Counted from the stretch's first letter, positions 9,493-18,822 are shown. The stretch: 64,000 nt of DNA from Candidatus Omnitrophota bacterium (GCA_043797125.1 JAZDPX010000023.1:67098-131097); one strand, 5' to 3'. Notes: a model not told the origin generated them from the sequence alone. A program made the numbers and translations.

Positions 9493-10323
9493 ATGGTAAG
9501 AGTGTCGGTGGGTATCATTTTATTATTATTTGTCTGCGCAATAGCTTCAGCAGCTCCGGCTGGCAATACTTCAGATCCTACAATACCTTACGGCGACGGA
9601 TTTGCGAACCTGAAGGATTCTATAGGCAGTGTAAAGGTGAGCTTTGACGCAGAGACTATTTTTGAAAGAGACCTTGAAGGCGCAAGCGATGTTACACAGG
9701 GAAGCATTGACGGACAATGGTATTTTCTTTCGTTTGCCTATCCCCTGATGGAGCAGCGGTTTGAACCGTATATAAAGGTCGGAGCATCGCATCTTACAGC
9801 CAGTTGGTGGGAAAACAACACTACTGTCAGGGTAAAGGGCGATAATGAGATGGCATGGGGTTTGGGCGCAAAATTTTTAGCTTATGAAATTCCGGATTAC
9901 AGGGTCAAGTTTACGCTTTCAGGCGAATACCGCAATACCCACCCTGATTTTGACGACGTAGAGCTTGAGCAGCCTTCAAGAAGTGTAGCTGCCTCAGAAT
10001 TTAAGGTGCAGGAATGGCAGGTAGGTGGCATTGTAAGCATGGAATTCCAGCTTGGCAGCAAAAAACGCTATCCAAAAACAGCCATTTACTCTTTAATACC
10101 GTATCTTGGGTTAGCTTATAGCGATTGCAAGGTAGAAAACAGGTTTATAAGGACCGATGTAGCCCCCAATACAGGCTTTGATATAGGTGATGCAAAAAGC
10201 GATAAAAAAGCCGTATTTATAGCAGGTTGCGACCTCACTTGTCCTGAAAACATATCTTTAAACGTAGAAGGCAAGCTGCTTGGCGAGAAATCGGCAAGCG
10301 CAGGCGCTACAGTGAAATTCTAA
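9493..10323 (+). CDS. Outer-membrane beta-barrel, chlamydial MOMP-like porin
   Basis: Signal peptide; APAGNTSDP resembles MOMP LPVGNPAEP; EWQVG...IPYLGLAYS; C-terminal Phe. Confidence 0.7.
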   Translation: MVRVSVGIILLLFVCAIASAAPAGNTSDPTIPYGDGFANLKDSIGSVKVSFDAETIFERDLEGASDVTQGSIDGQWYFLSFAYPLMEQRFEPYIKVGASHLTASWWENNTTVRVKGDNEMAWGLGAKFLAYEIPDYRVKFTLSGEYRNTHPDFDDVELEQPSRSVAASEFKVQEWQVGGIVSMEFQLGSKKRYPKTAIYSLIPYLGLAYSDCKVENRFIRTDVAPNTGFDIGDAKSDKKAVFIAGCDLTCPENISLNVEGKLLGEKSASAGATVKF

Positions 10324-10338
10324 CCTTAAGTCCTATTT

Positions 10339-10416
10339 GGCCCTATAGTCTAGCCTGGCCTAGGACATCGCCCTCTCACGGCGAAGACACGGGTTCAAAT
10401 CCCGTTGGGGCTACCA
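10339..10416 (+). tRNA. tRNA-Glu(CTC)
   Basis: Cloverleaf; anticodon arm TCGCC-CTCTCAC-GGCGA; GGTTCAAATCC; CCA end. Confidence 0.95.
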
Positions 10417-10511
10417 AACTTTGCGAAGCAAAGTTTGCCCCGAAAACACGACGAACAGAAGTGTTAGAGGGGCTTAATCCAGGCGCATTAACCAATCATC
10501 TATTTTTTTAC

Positions 10512-10541
10512 TTGACATATAGCTCTTTTTTTTTGTATAAT
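10512..10541 (+). promoter_or_regulatory. sigma70 promoter of the MerR gene
   Basis: TTGACA, 18 bp, TATAAT; ATG 9 nt downstream and no SD. Confidence 0.7.
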
Positions 10542-10550
10542 GTATATACA

Positions 10551-11069
10551 ATGAATATACAACGTAAATATACTGTATCTGAACTATCTATAACGCTTGG
10601 TTTGTCAACATCTTGGATTAACAAGATAGATAGGAAAATAGGCATCACAGCAGGGGCAAGAAAAGATTACAAGAAACCATGCTTCAGACAAGATGATTTA
10701 TTTATTTTTAGGAATATCAAGCTATTAAGGATTTTGGGGTATAGCATTCCTGATATAAAAAAGATATATGATGTGGAAAAAAAGATGCTTTCCTGTAGGG
10801 CAATAGTTTCTAAATACCAATCGATAGTCCCAAAACATGGATACCATTACATACTTCACCCATATAATTTTACCTATGATGAGCATGCCCATCCTGGCCA
10901 GGATATGAAGGAATATGACTCAGAAATCATAGATTATAAGGGGTGGGCAGAGTTTCTATATACGCATTCGCTTGAAATAGAAAAGCGCGCTAAACAGCTG
11001 CAGGATGAGATTACAAGCCTTGCAGAGGCAATATCAAATAATGCTCAAGCAGGAAAGAACATAGGTTAG
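10551..11069 (+). CDS. MerR-family HTH regulator
   Basis: YTVSELSITLGLSTSWIN...IKLLRILGYSIPDIKK. ATG 10551 follows the promoter (the track start at 10461 lies upstream of it). Confidence 0.75.
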   Translation: MNIQRKYTVSELSITLGLSTSWINKIDRKIGITAGARKDYKKPCFRQDDLFIFRNIKLLRILGYSIPDIKKIYDVEKKMLSCRAIVSKYQSIVPKHGYHYILHPYNFTYDEHAHPGQDMKEYDSEIIDYKGWAEFLYTHSLEIEKRAKQLQDEITSLAEAISNNAQAGKNIG

Positions 11070-11075
11070 ATGTGT

Positions 11076-11099
11076 AAATGATACGGTTATGATACGGTT
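11076..11099 (+). promoter_or_regulatory. Tandem 11-bp direct-repeat motif (putative operator), copy 1
   Basis: AAATGATACGGTTATGATACGGTT, identical to 38131-38154. Confidence 0.65.
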
Positions 11100-11148
11100 A
11101 TTTATGAATATTTAGGTTTTTTTAAATATAGCAATATTTGGAGTAAAT

Positions 11149-12291
11149 ATGAATAAAGACGCAAACGACAATAAAGAGCCCCCTAAAAAGCAGCCTTTAA
11201 ACACGAACAGTGAAGTTGGGAGAGTCTATTCTATACCTTACCTTCCCCTGGATAATTATGCAATTGATGATTGCATAATTGATCTTGTGCCTGTGGAGAT
11301 TGTGAAAAAATATTCAATTATGCCGGTTGATAAGCTTAATGATAACCTGTCATTGGTAATGGAAAACCCGCTTGATGAAAAAGCTATAAAAGCTGTTGAA
11401 GATATAACGGGGTGTAAAGTAAGAAGATTGTTAGGCACCCACGAAGAAATACAATTGTCCATAAAGCAATATTATGGACGCAGGATAAAAATTGAAGAGC
11501 CTGTTCAAGAAAAAGAAAAAACAGTTATCAGCACCGTTAAAAAAGAACAGGAAAAACTGCCTCCTGCTCCTGCGCAGCCGGCGGCTGACGCTAATATTTC
11601 CGATGCCGATACAGGAGAAAAAAGAGGCTTTTTTAGATTCAAACGCAGCATAACTATATCTTTTCCGGCAGAAGGGAGTTATCAGCAGAGCGAAACATTT
11701 GACATAAGCTACAGCGGGCTTTCGTTTAAATCGCTCGTTCCAATTTCTGTTGGCAGCTACATGGTTGTTCAATTGGGGCCTTTCCGCAGGGATTCGGACT
11801 GCCCTATTGTTTTGCTTGTCCAGGTCATGAGGCGCATACAAATAGACGAAAAGGCGTTTTTTATAGGCGCAAGAATTTTACAGACAACGAAAGAAAATAT
11901 TAATAAAATTGTTAATTATGCAAGCTCCCATGAAATAGACGCTTATTCGCCGTTTGACAGAATAAATCGCAGGAAATATCCCCGCTTTAAGACCAAGTTC
12001 GATTTGTGGTTTCCGGACAAAGATGACTACAGCAAGGCAGAGACTACAGACGTGGGCTTTGCAGGCATATCCTTTACAACAAAACATGCCTTAAAAGTAG
12101 GCTCATACCTGCCTTTGCAAATGGCATTGCCCGAAGATATCTGTAAACATCCTTTGGCGCTCTTAGTCCAGGTTGTCAGGTCAAGGTCTGTGCAAAGCGG
12201 AATCTTCCAAATAGGGGCTAAAATAATTAATGTAGGCGAGAGCGAAATAGAAGAACTGATAAAATATATCAGCAGAAACGAAAATTTATAA
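11149..12291 (+). CDS. GspE/PilB N-terminal domain + two PilZ domains
   Basis: T2SSE_N-like IPYLPL...IMPV...MENPLD; PilZ RxxxR + DISYSG and RxxxR + DVGFAG. Confidence 0.85.
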   Translation: MNKDANDNKEPPKKQPLNTNSEVGRVYSIPYLPLDNYAIDDCIIDLVPVEIVKKYSIMPVDKLNDNLSLVMENPLDEKAIKAVEDITGCKVRRLLGTHEEIQLSIKQYYGRRIKIEEPVQEKEKTVISTVKKEQEKLPPAPAQPAADANISDADTGEKRGFFRFKRSITISFPAEGSYQQSETFDISYSGLSFKSLVPISVGSYMVVQLGPFRRDSDCPIVLLVQVMRRIQIDEKAFFIGARILQTTKENINKIVNYASSHEIDAYSPFDRINRRKYPRFKTKFDLWFPDKDDYSKAETTDVGFAGISFTTKHALKVGSYLPLQMALPEDICKHPLALLVQVVRSRSVQSGIFQIGAKIINVGESEIEELIKYISRNENL

Positions 12292-12375
12292 CAAACTAAA
12301 TTATCTTGATTTTTATCTTGGGTTGTAGTAATCTGTTCACTAATCATTAGTATATTTAAAATAGAAGGTGTTATT

Positions 12376-12756
12376 ATGAAAACAATATATGCGTTTATCG
12401 TAATTTACCTCATTGGCGGTTTATATTTTTTAGGTCTTGTTAAGGCTGAAACCCTTCAATCAGTAGAAGGCCAGCGCGCGAAGGTTGTGCAGACGAATGT
12501 TAAAAGGACAACCACTGATGTTGACGGGCATGTTTTGTTAGACAGCAACACAGACCGCAATATTAAGCTAGGGTATATTATGGCTGCTATAGATACCATA
12601 CATTCTCTGCAGCCGGACTTTTTCAAAAAAAAATATCCTGGCGCAACCAGAGGCAATATTATAGATGCGGTGTTTGAATACTACAACGAGCATTTTACAA
12701 GAAGGCATATCAGGGTAATCGATCTGATCCTGTCAGGTGAATTAGAGCATAGATAG
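12376..12756 (+). CDS. Hypothetical exported protein
   Basis: RBS GAAGGTG, signal peptide ending VKA-E, 126 aa. Confidence 0.7.
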   Translation: MKTIYAFIVIYLIGGLYFLGLVKAETLQSVEGQRAKVVQTNVKRTTTDVDGHVLLDSNTDRNIKLGYIMAAIDTIHSLQPDFFKKKYPGATRGNIIDAVFEYYNEHFTRRHIRVIDLILSGELEHR

Positions 12757-12782
12757 CAAATATCCTTTTTATTTTTATGCGT

Positions 12783-12857
12783 GCCGGGGTAGCTCAGTGG
12801 TAGAGCGCGGCCAGGAAAAGGCCGGCGTGGGCGGTCCGATTCCGCCCCCCGGCACCA
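12783..12857 (+). tRNA. Atypical tRNA-Phe(GAA)-like gene
   Basis: Fully paired cloverleaf with CCA, but anticodon loop AGGAAAA (no U33) and T-loop TCCGATT. Confidence 0.75.
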
Positions 12858-13035
12858 CGAACCACTCGCCTGTAAGAAAAATTAGGGCTCGGGTTCGTGG
12901 CGCGGCCATAAACCGCGCAGGATTAATAATGTAGATATAGGCGAGTGGTGAAGTGCCCCGTACCTGAGGAGCGAAGCCCTAAACCACATAGGGTTTAGGG
13001 CAAGCGACGAATGGTTCGGGGCTAATTGGTTTCCC

Positions 13036-13111
13036 GCCCACGTAGCTCAGCTGGTAGAGCAGGGCTTTCGTAAAGCTCAGGTCGTCCGTTCAAGTCGGAC
13101 CGTGGGCTCCA
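13036..13111 (+). tRNA. tRNA-Thr(CGT)
   Basis: GCCCACG/CGTGGGC acceptor, loop TTCGTAA, GTTCAAGTC, CCA. Confidence 0.95.
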
Positions 13112-13226
13112 TCCGCCTTCGTGTATCGGGTAGTTCGTAGTAGATAGCCTTCGGCGGATGTGTCCGCCGTACGTTATCTACAACGAAGTTCAGAAGCCAG
13201 GAAGGCGGACCGAACCCTAATCTTTT

Positions 13227-14501
13227 ATGCCCAAGATACGAGACATTCTAATAAACAGGAATTTCTTTTTTCTCTGGGTAGGGCAGATTATCTCGCAATT
13301 CGGCGACCGCCTTACCCAAATGGCGCTGATAAAACTTATCTACCAAAAGGCCCCCGGCTCTGCCTATGAGCTAGCGAAACTTTTTATTTTTGTCATCATC
13401 CCTGTTTTTATTATCGGACCTGTAGCAGGCGCTTATTCGGATAGGTGGAATAAGAAATACACTATGATTATAAGCGACCTGATACGCGCAGTTCTTGTGT
13501 TCCTAATTCCCGTATATTATTTTCTAGTTCCAACCCTGCAGCCTATTTTCCCGATTTATATTATTGTTTTTATTGTGTTTTCCATGGTGAGGTTTTTCCT
13601 TCCTGCTAAAATGTCCATTATCCCGGAATTGGTTTCGCAGGATAAGCTGCTTCTTGCGAATTCTTTAATAACTACAACAGGAATGATAGCAGCTGTTCTG
13701 GGGCTTAGTATCGGCGGGATATTTATCCTCCCAATTTTTGGCGTAAGGGCTGCATTTGCCATTAATTCAATGACATTTTTGATATCGGCGTTTTTTTTGT
13801 TTTTCATGAAGACAAATCATAAAAAGGGCGCAATAAAAGACAGTATTTATTACATAAGCAGAGGAATAAAAAAAGCTGTTGGAAAATCCATATTTCTTGA
13901 AATAAAAGAAGGCATAAGGTATATGCTGCAGTATAGAAAGATACACTTTGTAATTGGAATATTATTTACTTTATGGAGCGCCATAGGAGCAAGCTATATA
14001 GTGATTATAGTTTTTGTGCAGCGGGCCCTGGGAACCGCTACCGAACATCTTGGGCTTTTAGCTGTCTTCTTCGGCGCCGGGATGTTTTTAGGCTCTATAA
14101 TATACGGCAGGACTGGGCATTTAGTTTCAAAAACAAAAGCTATTTTTTTAAGCCTTGCCTTAAGCGGCGTTTCTATTGTTCAATTTGTTATTTTTGTGAC
14201 GATATATTCAAATTTTAGCGTAGCAGCCGCACTCGCGTTGGCGTTCGGGGTATTTATTGCGCCGGTTATGATATCATCCAACACCATAGTGCACGAGCTT
14301 ATGCCTCAAGAATTGCGCGGAAGAGCGTTTTCTTCTTTGGAGGCTGTTATGCATTTGGCCTTTTTAATATTTATGCTTATAGTTTCTATATTAGCAGAGT
14401 TTATAGATATGTTTTTTATATTGATTGCAGTAGGAATTTTATGCGCTTATGCGGGAATTCTTGGCTTAAAGCACGCTGCAGGCAGAAGAGAGGGTTATTA
14501 G
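13227..14501 (+). CDS. MFS transporter (H+ antiporter / macrolide-efflux-like)
   Basis: About 12 TMs; GQIISQFGD; motif A GAYSDRWNKK; ELRGRAFS. Confidence 0.9.
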   Translation: MPKIRDILINRNFFFLWVGQIISQFGDRLTQMALIKLIYQKAPGSAYELAKLFIFVIIPVFIIGPVAGAYSDRWNKKYTMIISDLIRAVLVFLIPVYYFLVPTLQPIFPIYIIVFIVFSMVRFFLPAKMSIIPELVSQDKLLLANSLITTTGMIAAVLGLSIGGIFILPIFGVRAAFAINSMTFLISAFFLFFMKTNHKKGAIKDSIYYISRGIKKAVGKSIFLEIKEGIRYMLQYRKIHFVIGILFTLWSAIGASYIVIIVFVQRALGTATEHLGLLAVFFGAGMFLGSIIYGRTGHLVSKTKAIFLSLALSGVSIVQFVIFVTIYSNFSVAAALALAFGVFIAPVMISSNTIVHELMPQELRGRAFSSLEAVMHLAFLIFMLIVSILAEFIDMFFILIAVGILCAYAGILGLKHAAGRREGY

Positions 14502-14510
14502 CGTTAGGGG

Positions 14511-14681
14511 TTATTTCTTGTCTTTTGTAGGCCCTTTTTTGTTTTGCTGATTTTCCTTCAGGCATAGTTTGAAAAAATCGCACCTGTCGCAGCAGATGTC
14601 TTCCTCGCCGCGCTCCCCGCGATACCATTTTGTATCGCAACTCCAGAAAAACTGGCATCTTTTACAGCAGGCCATAGACAT
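14511..14681 (-). CDS. 56-aa Cys-rich microprotein (2x CCxRCxFFxxC), not in ORF track
   Basis: Manual translation MSMACCKRCQFFWSCDTKWYRGERGEEDICCDRCDFFKLCLKENQQNKKGPTKDKK; SD GAGGT; consensus promoter upstream. Confidence 0.8.
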   Translation of the reverse strand: MSMACCKRCQFFWSCDTKWYRGERGEEDICCDRCDFFKLCLKENQQNKKGPTKDKK

Positions 14682-14702
14682 TTTTGTTTACCTCTAAGTA
14701 AT

Positions 14703-14731
14703 ATTATATTATCAATATGATAGTGTGTCAA
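14703..14731 (-). promoter_or_regulatory. Consensus sigma70 promoter of the Cys-rich microprotein
   Basis: Minus strand TTGACA (14731-26), 17 bp, TATAAT (14708-03). Confidence 0.75.
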
Positions 14732-14747
14732 TAAGTCAGAAAAAATA

Positions 14748-14771
14748 GATGCTCGCTTTCGCGGGCATGAC
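14748..14771. repeat. Variant copy of the ATTCCC-N8-GGGAAT palindromic element
   Basis: GATGCTCGCTTTCGCGGGCATGAC compared with GATTCCCGCTTTCGCGGGAATGAC. Confidence 0.65.
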
Positions 14772-14787
14772 ATATGCATTTATGATG

Positions 14788-14816
14788 TTGACAAAAAAGG
14801 CCCTATTTAATACAAT
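14788..14816 (+). promoter_or_regulatory. sigma70 promoter of the rnf operon
   Basis: TTGACA, 17 bp, TACAAT; ATG 9 nt downstream. Confidence 0.75.
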
Positions 14817-14825
14817 GTAAAGATT

Positions 14826-16145
14826 ATGAAAACATTCCCCGGAGGAATCCATCCTCCGTATTTAAAAACAACAAAAAGCCTTAGTATACAGAAGGCAAAA
14901 CTGCCAAAGCAGGTCGTTATACCGTTAAGCCAGCATATAGGCAGCTTCTGCGAACCTGCGGTTTCCGTTGGCGGAACAGTAAAGACAGGCGCGCTTATAG
15001 GCAAATCGGATAAATTCGCATCCTGCTTAGTGCATTCTTCTGTTTCAGGGACGGTAAAAACTATAGAGCGAAGGCTCCATCCTACGCTTGGGGTGTGTAA
15101 TGCCGTTGTAATAGATTCTGACGGCAAGGATGAAAATGCTTTTACAGTTAAAACAAACAATATAGATAAGCTGACACCTGAACAGATAATAGATATAGTA
15201 AGGCAGGCAGGCATTGCGGGTTTAGGCGGCGCCTGTTTTCCCACCCACATTAAGCTAAAACCCCCGGAAGAAAAGAAAATAGACACTTTTATATTAAACG
15301 GGGCAGAATGCGAGCCGCGCCTTTCGTGCGACCACAGGCTTATGCTGGAACGCGCCGATGAAATAATAAAAGGCGCTATTTTAATGATGAAAGCTGTAGG
15401 AGTTAATAAAGGCATAATTGCCATAGAGGATAACAAGCCCGACGCAGTTGAATCGATGAAAAAGGCATTAAACAGCGTAGAGCGTAGAGCGTATAGCGTA
15501 GAGGTAATTACTTTAAAAACCAAATACCCCCAAGGCGGCGAGAAGCAGCTTATAAAGGCCCTCCTGAACCGCGAAGTTCCGCCCGGAGATTTGCCTTTTG
15601 ATATAGGATGCATTGTTGATAATGTAGGAACCGCCGCTAGCGTATATGAAGCGGCCCAGTTTAGCAAACCTTTGTACGAGAGGGTCGTAACCGTATGCGG
15701 CGACGCTATAGCAAATGAAGCAAACCTGCTTGTAAAAATAGGCACGCCGTTAAAGGATTTAATAGACTCCTGCGGCGGGCTTAAAAAAGAATTAGGAAAG
15801 ATAATTTTTGGGGGACCTATGATGGGCCTTTGCCAGTTTACCGACGAGGTACCTGTCGTAAAAGGGACATCAGGCGTTATTTTTGTAAGCAGAGAAAAGA
15901 TTAGCGCGCCGCAGCAAGGCCATTGCATAAGATGCGGCAAATGCATACAGTCCTGCCCTGTGAACCTTATACCCACAACCATTGCGCTTGCTTCGGAAAA
16001 AAACAGGCTGGATGTCGCGGCTGAGTTTAATGCAGCAGATTGCATTGAATGCGGGGCCTGCGCTTATGTATGTCCGTCAAAAATATCCCTGCTTCACCTT
16101 ATAAAACAGGCAAAGAAAGGCCTGCTATGCCAGATAGTAAAATAA
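14826..16145 (+). CDS. rnfC: Rnf electron transport complex subunit C
   Basis: TFPGGIHP, GLGGACFPTH, NGAECEP, YPQGGEKQL, two CxxCxxCxxxCP motifs. Confidence 0.97.
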   Translation: MKTFPGGIHPPYLKTTKSLSIQKAKLPKQVVIPLSQHIGSFCEPAVSVGGTVKTGALIGKSDKFASCLVHSSVSGTVKTIERRLHPTLGVCNAVVIDSDGKDENAFTVKTNNIDKLTPEQIIDIVRQAGIAGLGGACFPTHIKLKPPEEKKIDTFILNGAECEPRLSCDHRLMLERADEIIKGAILMMKAVGVNKGIIAIEDNKPDAVESMKKALNSVERRAYSVEVITLKTKYPQGGEKQLIKALLNREVPPGDLPFDIGCIVDNVGTAASVYEAAQFSKPLYERVVTVCGDAIANEANLLVKIGTPLKDLIDSCGGLKKELGKIIFGGPMMGLCQFTDEVPVVKGTSGVIFVSREKISAPQQGHCIRCGKCIQSCPVNLIPTTIALASEKNRLDVAAEFNAADCIECGACAYVCPSKISLLHLIKQAKKGLLCQIVK

Positions 16146-17089
16146 TAGTATCAGCATCACCCCACATTAGAGACGATGAACATTATGTAAAGATTATGTG
16201 GGCTGTGTTTTTAGCGCTCCTGCCAAGCGGAATATGGGGAGTGTACGCTTTTGGTTTTAAAGCCTTGAGCCTTATACTGGCTTCTGTATCCTGCTGCGTC
16301 CTGGCCGAAGCATTATTTTTGAAGCTTCGCCGCAAACCCATTGCTATTTCAGATGGAAGCGCTGCAATAACAGGGCTTTTGCTTGCATATAATGTCAGCC
16401 CACGGTTGCCTATATGGTGCATGTGCGTTGGCGCGGTTTTTGCTATCATTATCGGTAAACAGGTGTTTGGTGGCCTGGGCAGAAATATATTTAATCCCGC
16501 TCTTGCAGGCAGGGCATTTTTGATGGCGTCGTGGCCCGCGCATATGGTGATCTTTAATAATCCCCGCTGGCAGCCGGATGCAGTTACAAGCGCAACGCCC
16601 CTTACCATAATAAAACATAATTACACGTATCCTTTGCCTTCATATCTTGATTTGTTTATCGGAAACCGCGGCGGCTGCATAGGAGAGGTTTGCGTTGCAG
16701 CGCTTCTTCTGGGCGCGTTGTTTTTATTATATAAAAAATATATAACCTGGCACATTCCGCTTACATATATTTTTACAACAGGGCTTTTAAGCTGGATGTT
16801 CACCGGACAGAAAGCATTTAGCGGCGACTGGCTTTTTTATATTTTAAGCGGAGGCTTAATATTAGGCGCATTTTTTATGGCGACAGACATGGCAACGTCC
16901 CCTATTATCAGCAAAGGTAAAATAATATTTGCCGTAGGCTGCGGCGTAATAACCTTTGCCATCAGAAAATGGGGCGGATACCCCGAGGGCGTGTCTTATT
17001 CAATATTAATGATGAACGCGGCAACCCCTATTATAGATAGGTTCACCAGGCCAAAGCGGTATGGGGTGAAAAGAGGCGTAAAGATATGA
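16127..17089 (+). CDS. rnfD: Rnf subunit D
   Basis: SPHIR, FGGLGRNIFNPALAGR, FMN site TSATPL, FFMATD; start reassigned to ATG 16127. Confidence 0.96.
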   Translation: MPDSKIIVSASPHIRDDEHYVKIMWAVFLALLPSGIWGVYAFGFKALSLILASVSCCVLAEALFLKLRRKPIAISDGSAAITGLLLAYNVSPRLPIWCMCVGAVFAIIIGKQVFGGLGRNIFNPALAGRAFLMASWPAHMVIFNNPRWQPDAVTSATPLTIIKHNYTYPLPSYLDLFIGNRGGCIGEVCVAALLLGALFLLYKKYITWHIPLTYIFTTGLLSWMFTGQKAFSGDWLFYILSGGLILGAFFMATDMATSPIISKGKIIFAVGCGVITFAIRKWGGYPEGVSYSILMMNAATPIIDRFTRPKRYGVKRGVKI

Positions 17090-17613
17090 TACGATTAATA
17101 GTAATCCTGACATTGGTTTGCACTGTGGCAGCTTTTGTCCTTGGGATTACTTACAAAAGTACCGCGCCGTTAATAGCCGCGCAAAAGGAAAAGCAGATAA
17201 AGCAAGCCCTTAACCAGGCAGCTCCGGACGCCGATGAATTTAAAGAAAAAAAGTCCGACGACAATGTATACTATGAGGCGTATAAAAACGGGCAATTGAC
17301 AGGTTATATTATATTTGCTAATGCAAGCGGATATTCAGGCGATATAGAAATGATGGTGGGTCTCGATAAAAATGGCCAAATAACAGGAATACAGATTTTA
17401 AGCCAGGAGGAAACCCCGGGTTTAGGCGCGCGCTGCAATGAAATAAAATACGGCGAAAAAGACCAATGGTTTACAAGGCAGTTTAAGCAAAAAAGAGCGC
17501 AAGACTTAAGCCTTAAAAATATTCAGGCAATAACCGGGGCTACAATTACCACAGAGGCCGTAATAAAAGGGGTCAAGGAGTCAGCCGAGGTTTTTTTCAA
17601 AAAAATAAAATGA
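17086..17613 (+). CDS. rnfG: Rnf subunit G
   Basis: GYSGDI, ETPGLG and FMN motif ITGATIT. Confidence 0.95.
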   Translation: MIRLIVILTLVCTVAAFVLGITYKSTAPLIAAQKEKQIKQALNQAAPDADEFKEKKSDDNVYYEAYKNGQLTGYIIFANASGYSGDIEMMVGLDKNGQITGIQILSQEETPGLGARCNEIKYGEKDQWFTRQFKQKRAQDLSLKNIQAITGATITTEAVIKGVKESAEVFFKKIK

Positions 17614-18206
17614 GAAAGCTGTTTTTCGAATTCATAAAAGGTATAATTCAGGAAAACCCGGTATTTGTACTGGTCTTGGGCCTTTGTCCTACGTTGGCAA
17701 TTTCAACCAGCGTTATAAATTCAATAGGCATGGGAATTGCAGCTACATTTGTTCTTGTTGGTTCCAATGTAATTATCGCTAGCCTGCGTAACCTTATACC
17801 TGATAAGGTGAGAATACCGTGCTATATAGTGGTTATTGCGACTTTTGTTACTATTGTCGAACTTTCGCTTAAAGCGTATTCTCCGGTGCTGGACAGGGCG
17901 CTGGGCATATATGTGCCGTTAATAGTTGTAAATTGTATTATTATGGCCAGGGCAGAGGCTTATGCCGCTAAACAACCTGTTCTTAATTCATTGCTTGACG
18001 GATTAGGCATGGGTATAGGCTTTACCATATCCATCATTTTTATCGCGGCAATAAGAGAATTTTTAGGTTCAGGCACTTTTCTTGGAATGCCTGTGATAAA
18101 AGGTTTCGAGCCGGCGATATTTTTTGTGCTTTCGCCGGGGGCGCTGCTTGTCATGGGTTGTTTATTGGGAATGTTTAATTATATTAAGGCTCGAGGAAAA
18201 AACTAA
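17610..18206 (+). CDS. rnfE: Rnf subunit E
   Basis: ENPVFVLVLGLCP, RIPCYIVVIA, PLIVVNC. Confidence 0.96.
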   Translation: MRKLFFEFIKGIIQENPVFVLVLGLCPTLAISTSVINSIGMGIAATFVLVGSNVIIASLRNLIPDKVRIPCYIVVIATFVTIVELSLKAYSPVLDRALGIYVPLIVVNCIIMARAEAYAAKQPVLNSLLDGLGMGIGFTISIIFIAAIREFLGSGTFLGMPVIKGFEPAIFFVLSPGALLVMGCLLGMFNYIKARGKN

Positions 18207-18212
18207 ACCGAC

Positions 18213-18821
18213 ATGGATTTCGCAAAAATTATGACGATAGCAATAAGCGCAATGTTTATAAATAATTTTGTCGTTGCGCGCTTTCTGGGACTGTGCCCTT
18301 TTATGGGGGTTTCAAAGCAGACAAGGCCCGCGTTATGCATGTCAGCCGCTGTTATTTTTGTTATATCCGGCTCGTCAGTTATAACTTGGCTTTTATATAA
18401 TTACATGCTTATACCTTTGAAGCTGGAATATATGAGCACCATAGCCTTTATATTGGTTATAGCTGTTTTTGTGCAGTTTGTGGATATGGCTATGCTGAAA
18501 TTTTCAGCTCCCCTGCACAGGGCATTGGGAATATACCTTCCTCTGATAACAACGAATTGCGCTGTCTTGGGAGTAGCTGTGCTTAACGTAAATATGTTTT
18601 TTAAAGACGGCCGCCCGTTACAAAATTCATTGGCTAATTCCTTTTTTCAGGCCTTTTTTGCGAGCTTGGGATTCGCGCTGGCTATGATGCTTATGTCCGG
18701 CATAAGAGAAAGGCTGGATTTGGAAGACGCGCCAAAATCTTTAGAGGGCCTACCGCTGGCATTTATTGTGGCAGCGCTTATGTCCATAGCATTTTTAGGT
18801 TTCTCGGGATTTAAATTCTAA
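18213..18821 (+). CDS. rnfA: Rnf subunit A
   Basis: NNFVVARFLGLCPFMG, LGIYLPLITTNCAVLG. Confidence 0.96.
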   Translation: MDFAKIMTIAISAMFINNFVVARFLGLCPFMGVSKQTRPALCMSAAVIFVISGSSVITWLLYNYMLIPLKLEYMSTIAFILVIAVFVQFVDMAMLKFSAPLHRALGIYLPLITTNCAVLGVAVLNVNMFFKDGRPLQNSLANSFFQAFFASLGFALAMMLMSGIRERLDLEDAPKSLEGLPLAFIVAALMSIAFLGFSGFKF

Positions 18822-18822
18822 T

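Noticed and set aside
10339-13111. tRNA-anchored prophage or integrative element
   Set aside because: No integrase and no duplicated tRNA 3' end (att site) was found between the tRNAs.
14416-14779. Track ORFs 14416..14658 and 14558..14779 (minus)
   Set aside because: The third frame (14681-14511) has the SD, the promoter and a patterned Cys motif; these two lack such support.
14807-16045. 412-aa minus-strand ORF
   Set aside because: Antisense shadow of rnfC.
17086-17096. ATGATACGATT at the rnfG start as another copy of the 11-bp motif
   Set aside because: Single non-tandem copy explained by coding sequence (Met-Ile-Arg-Leu).
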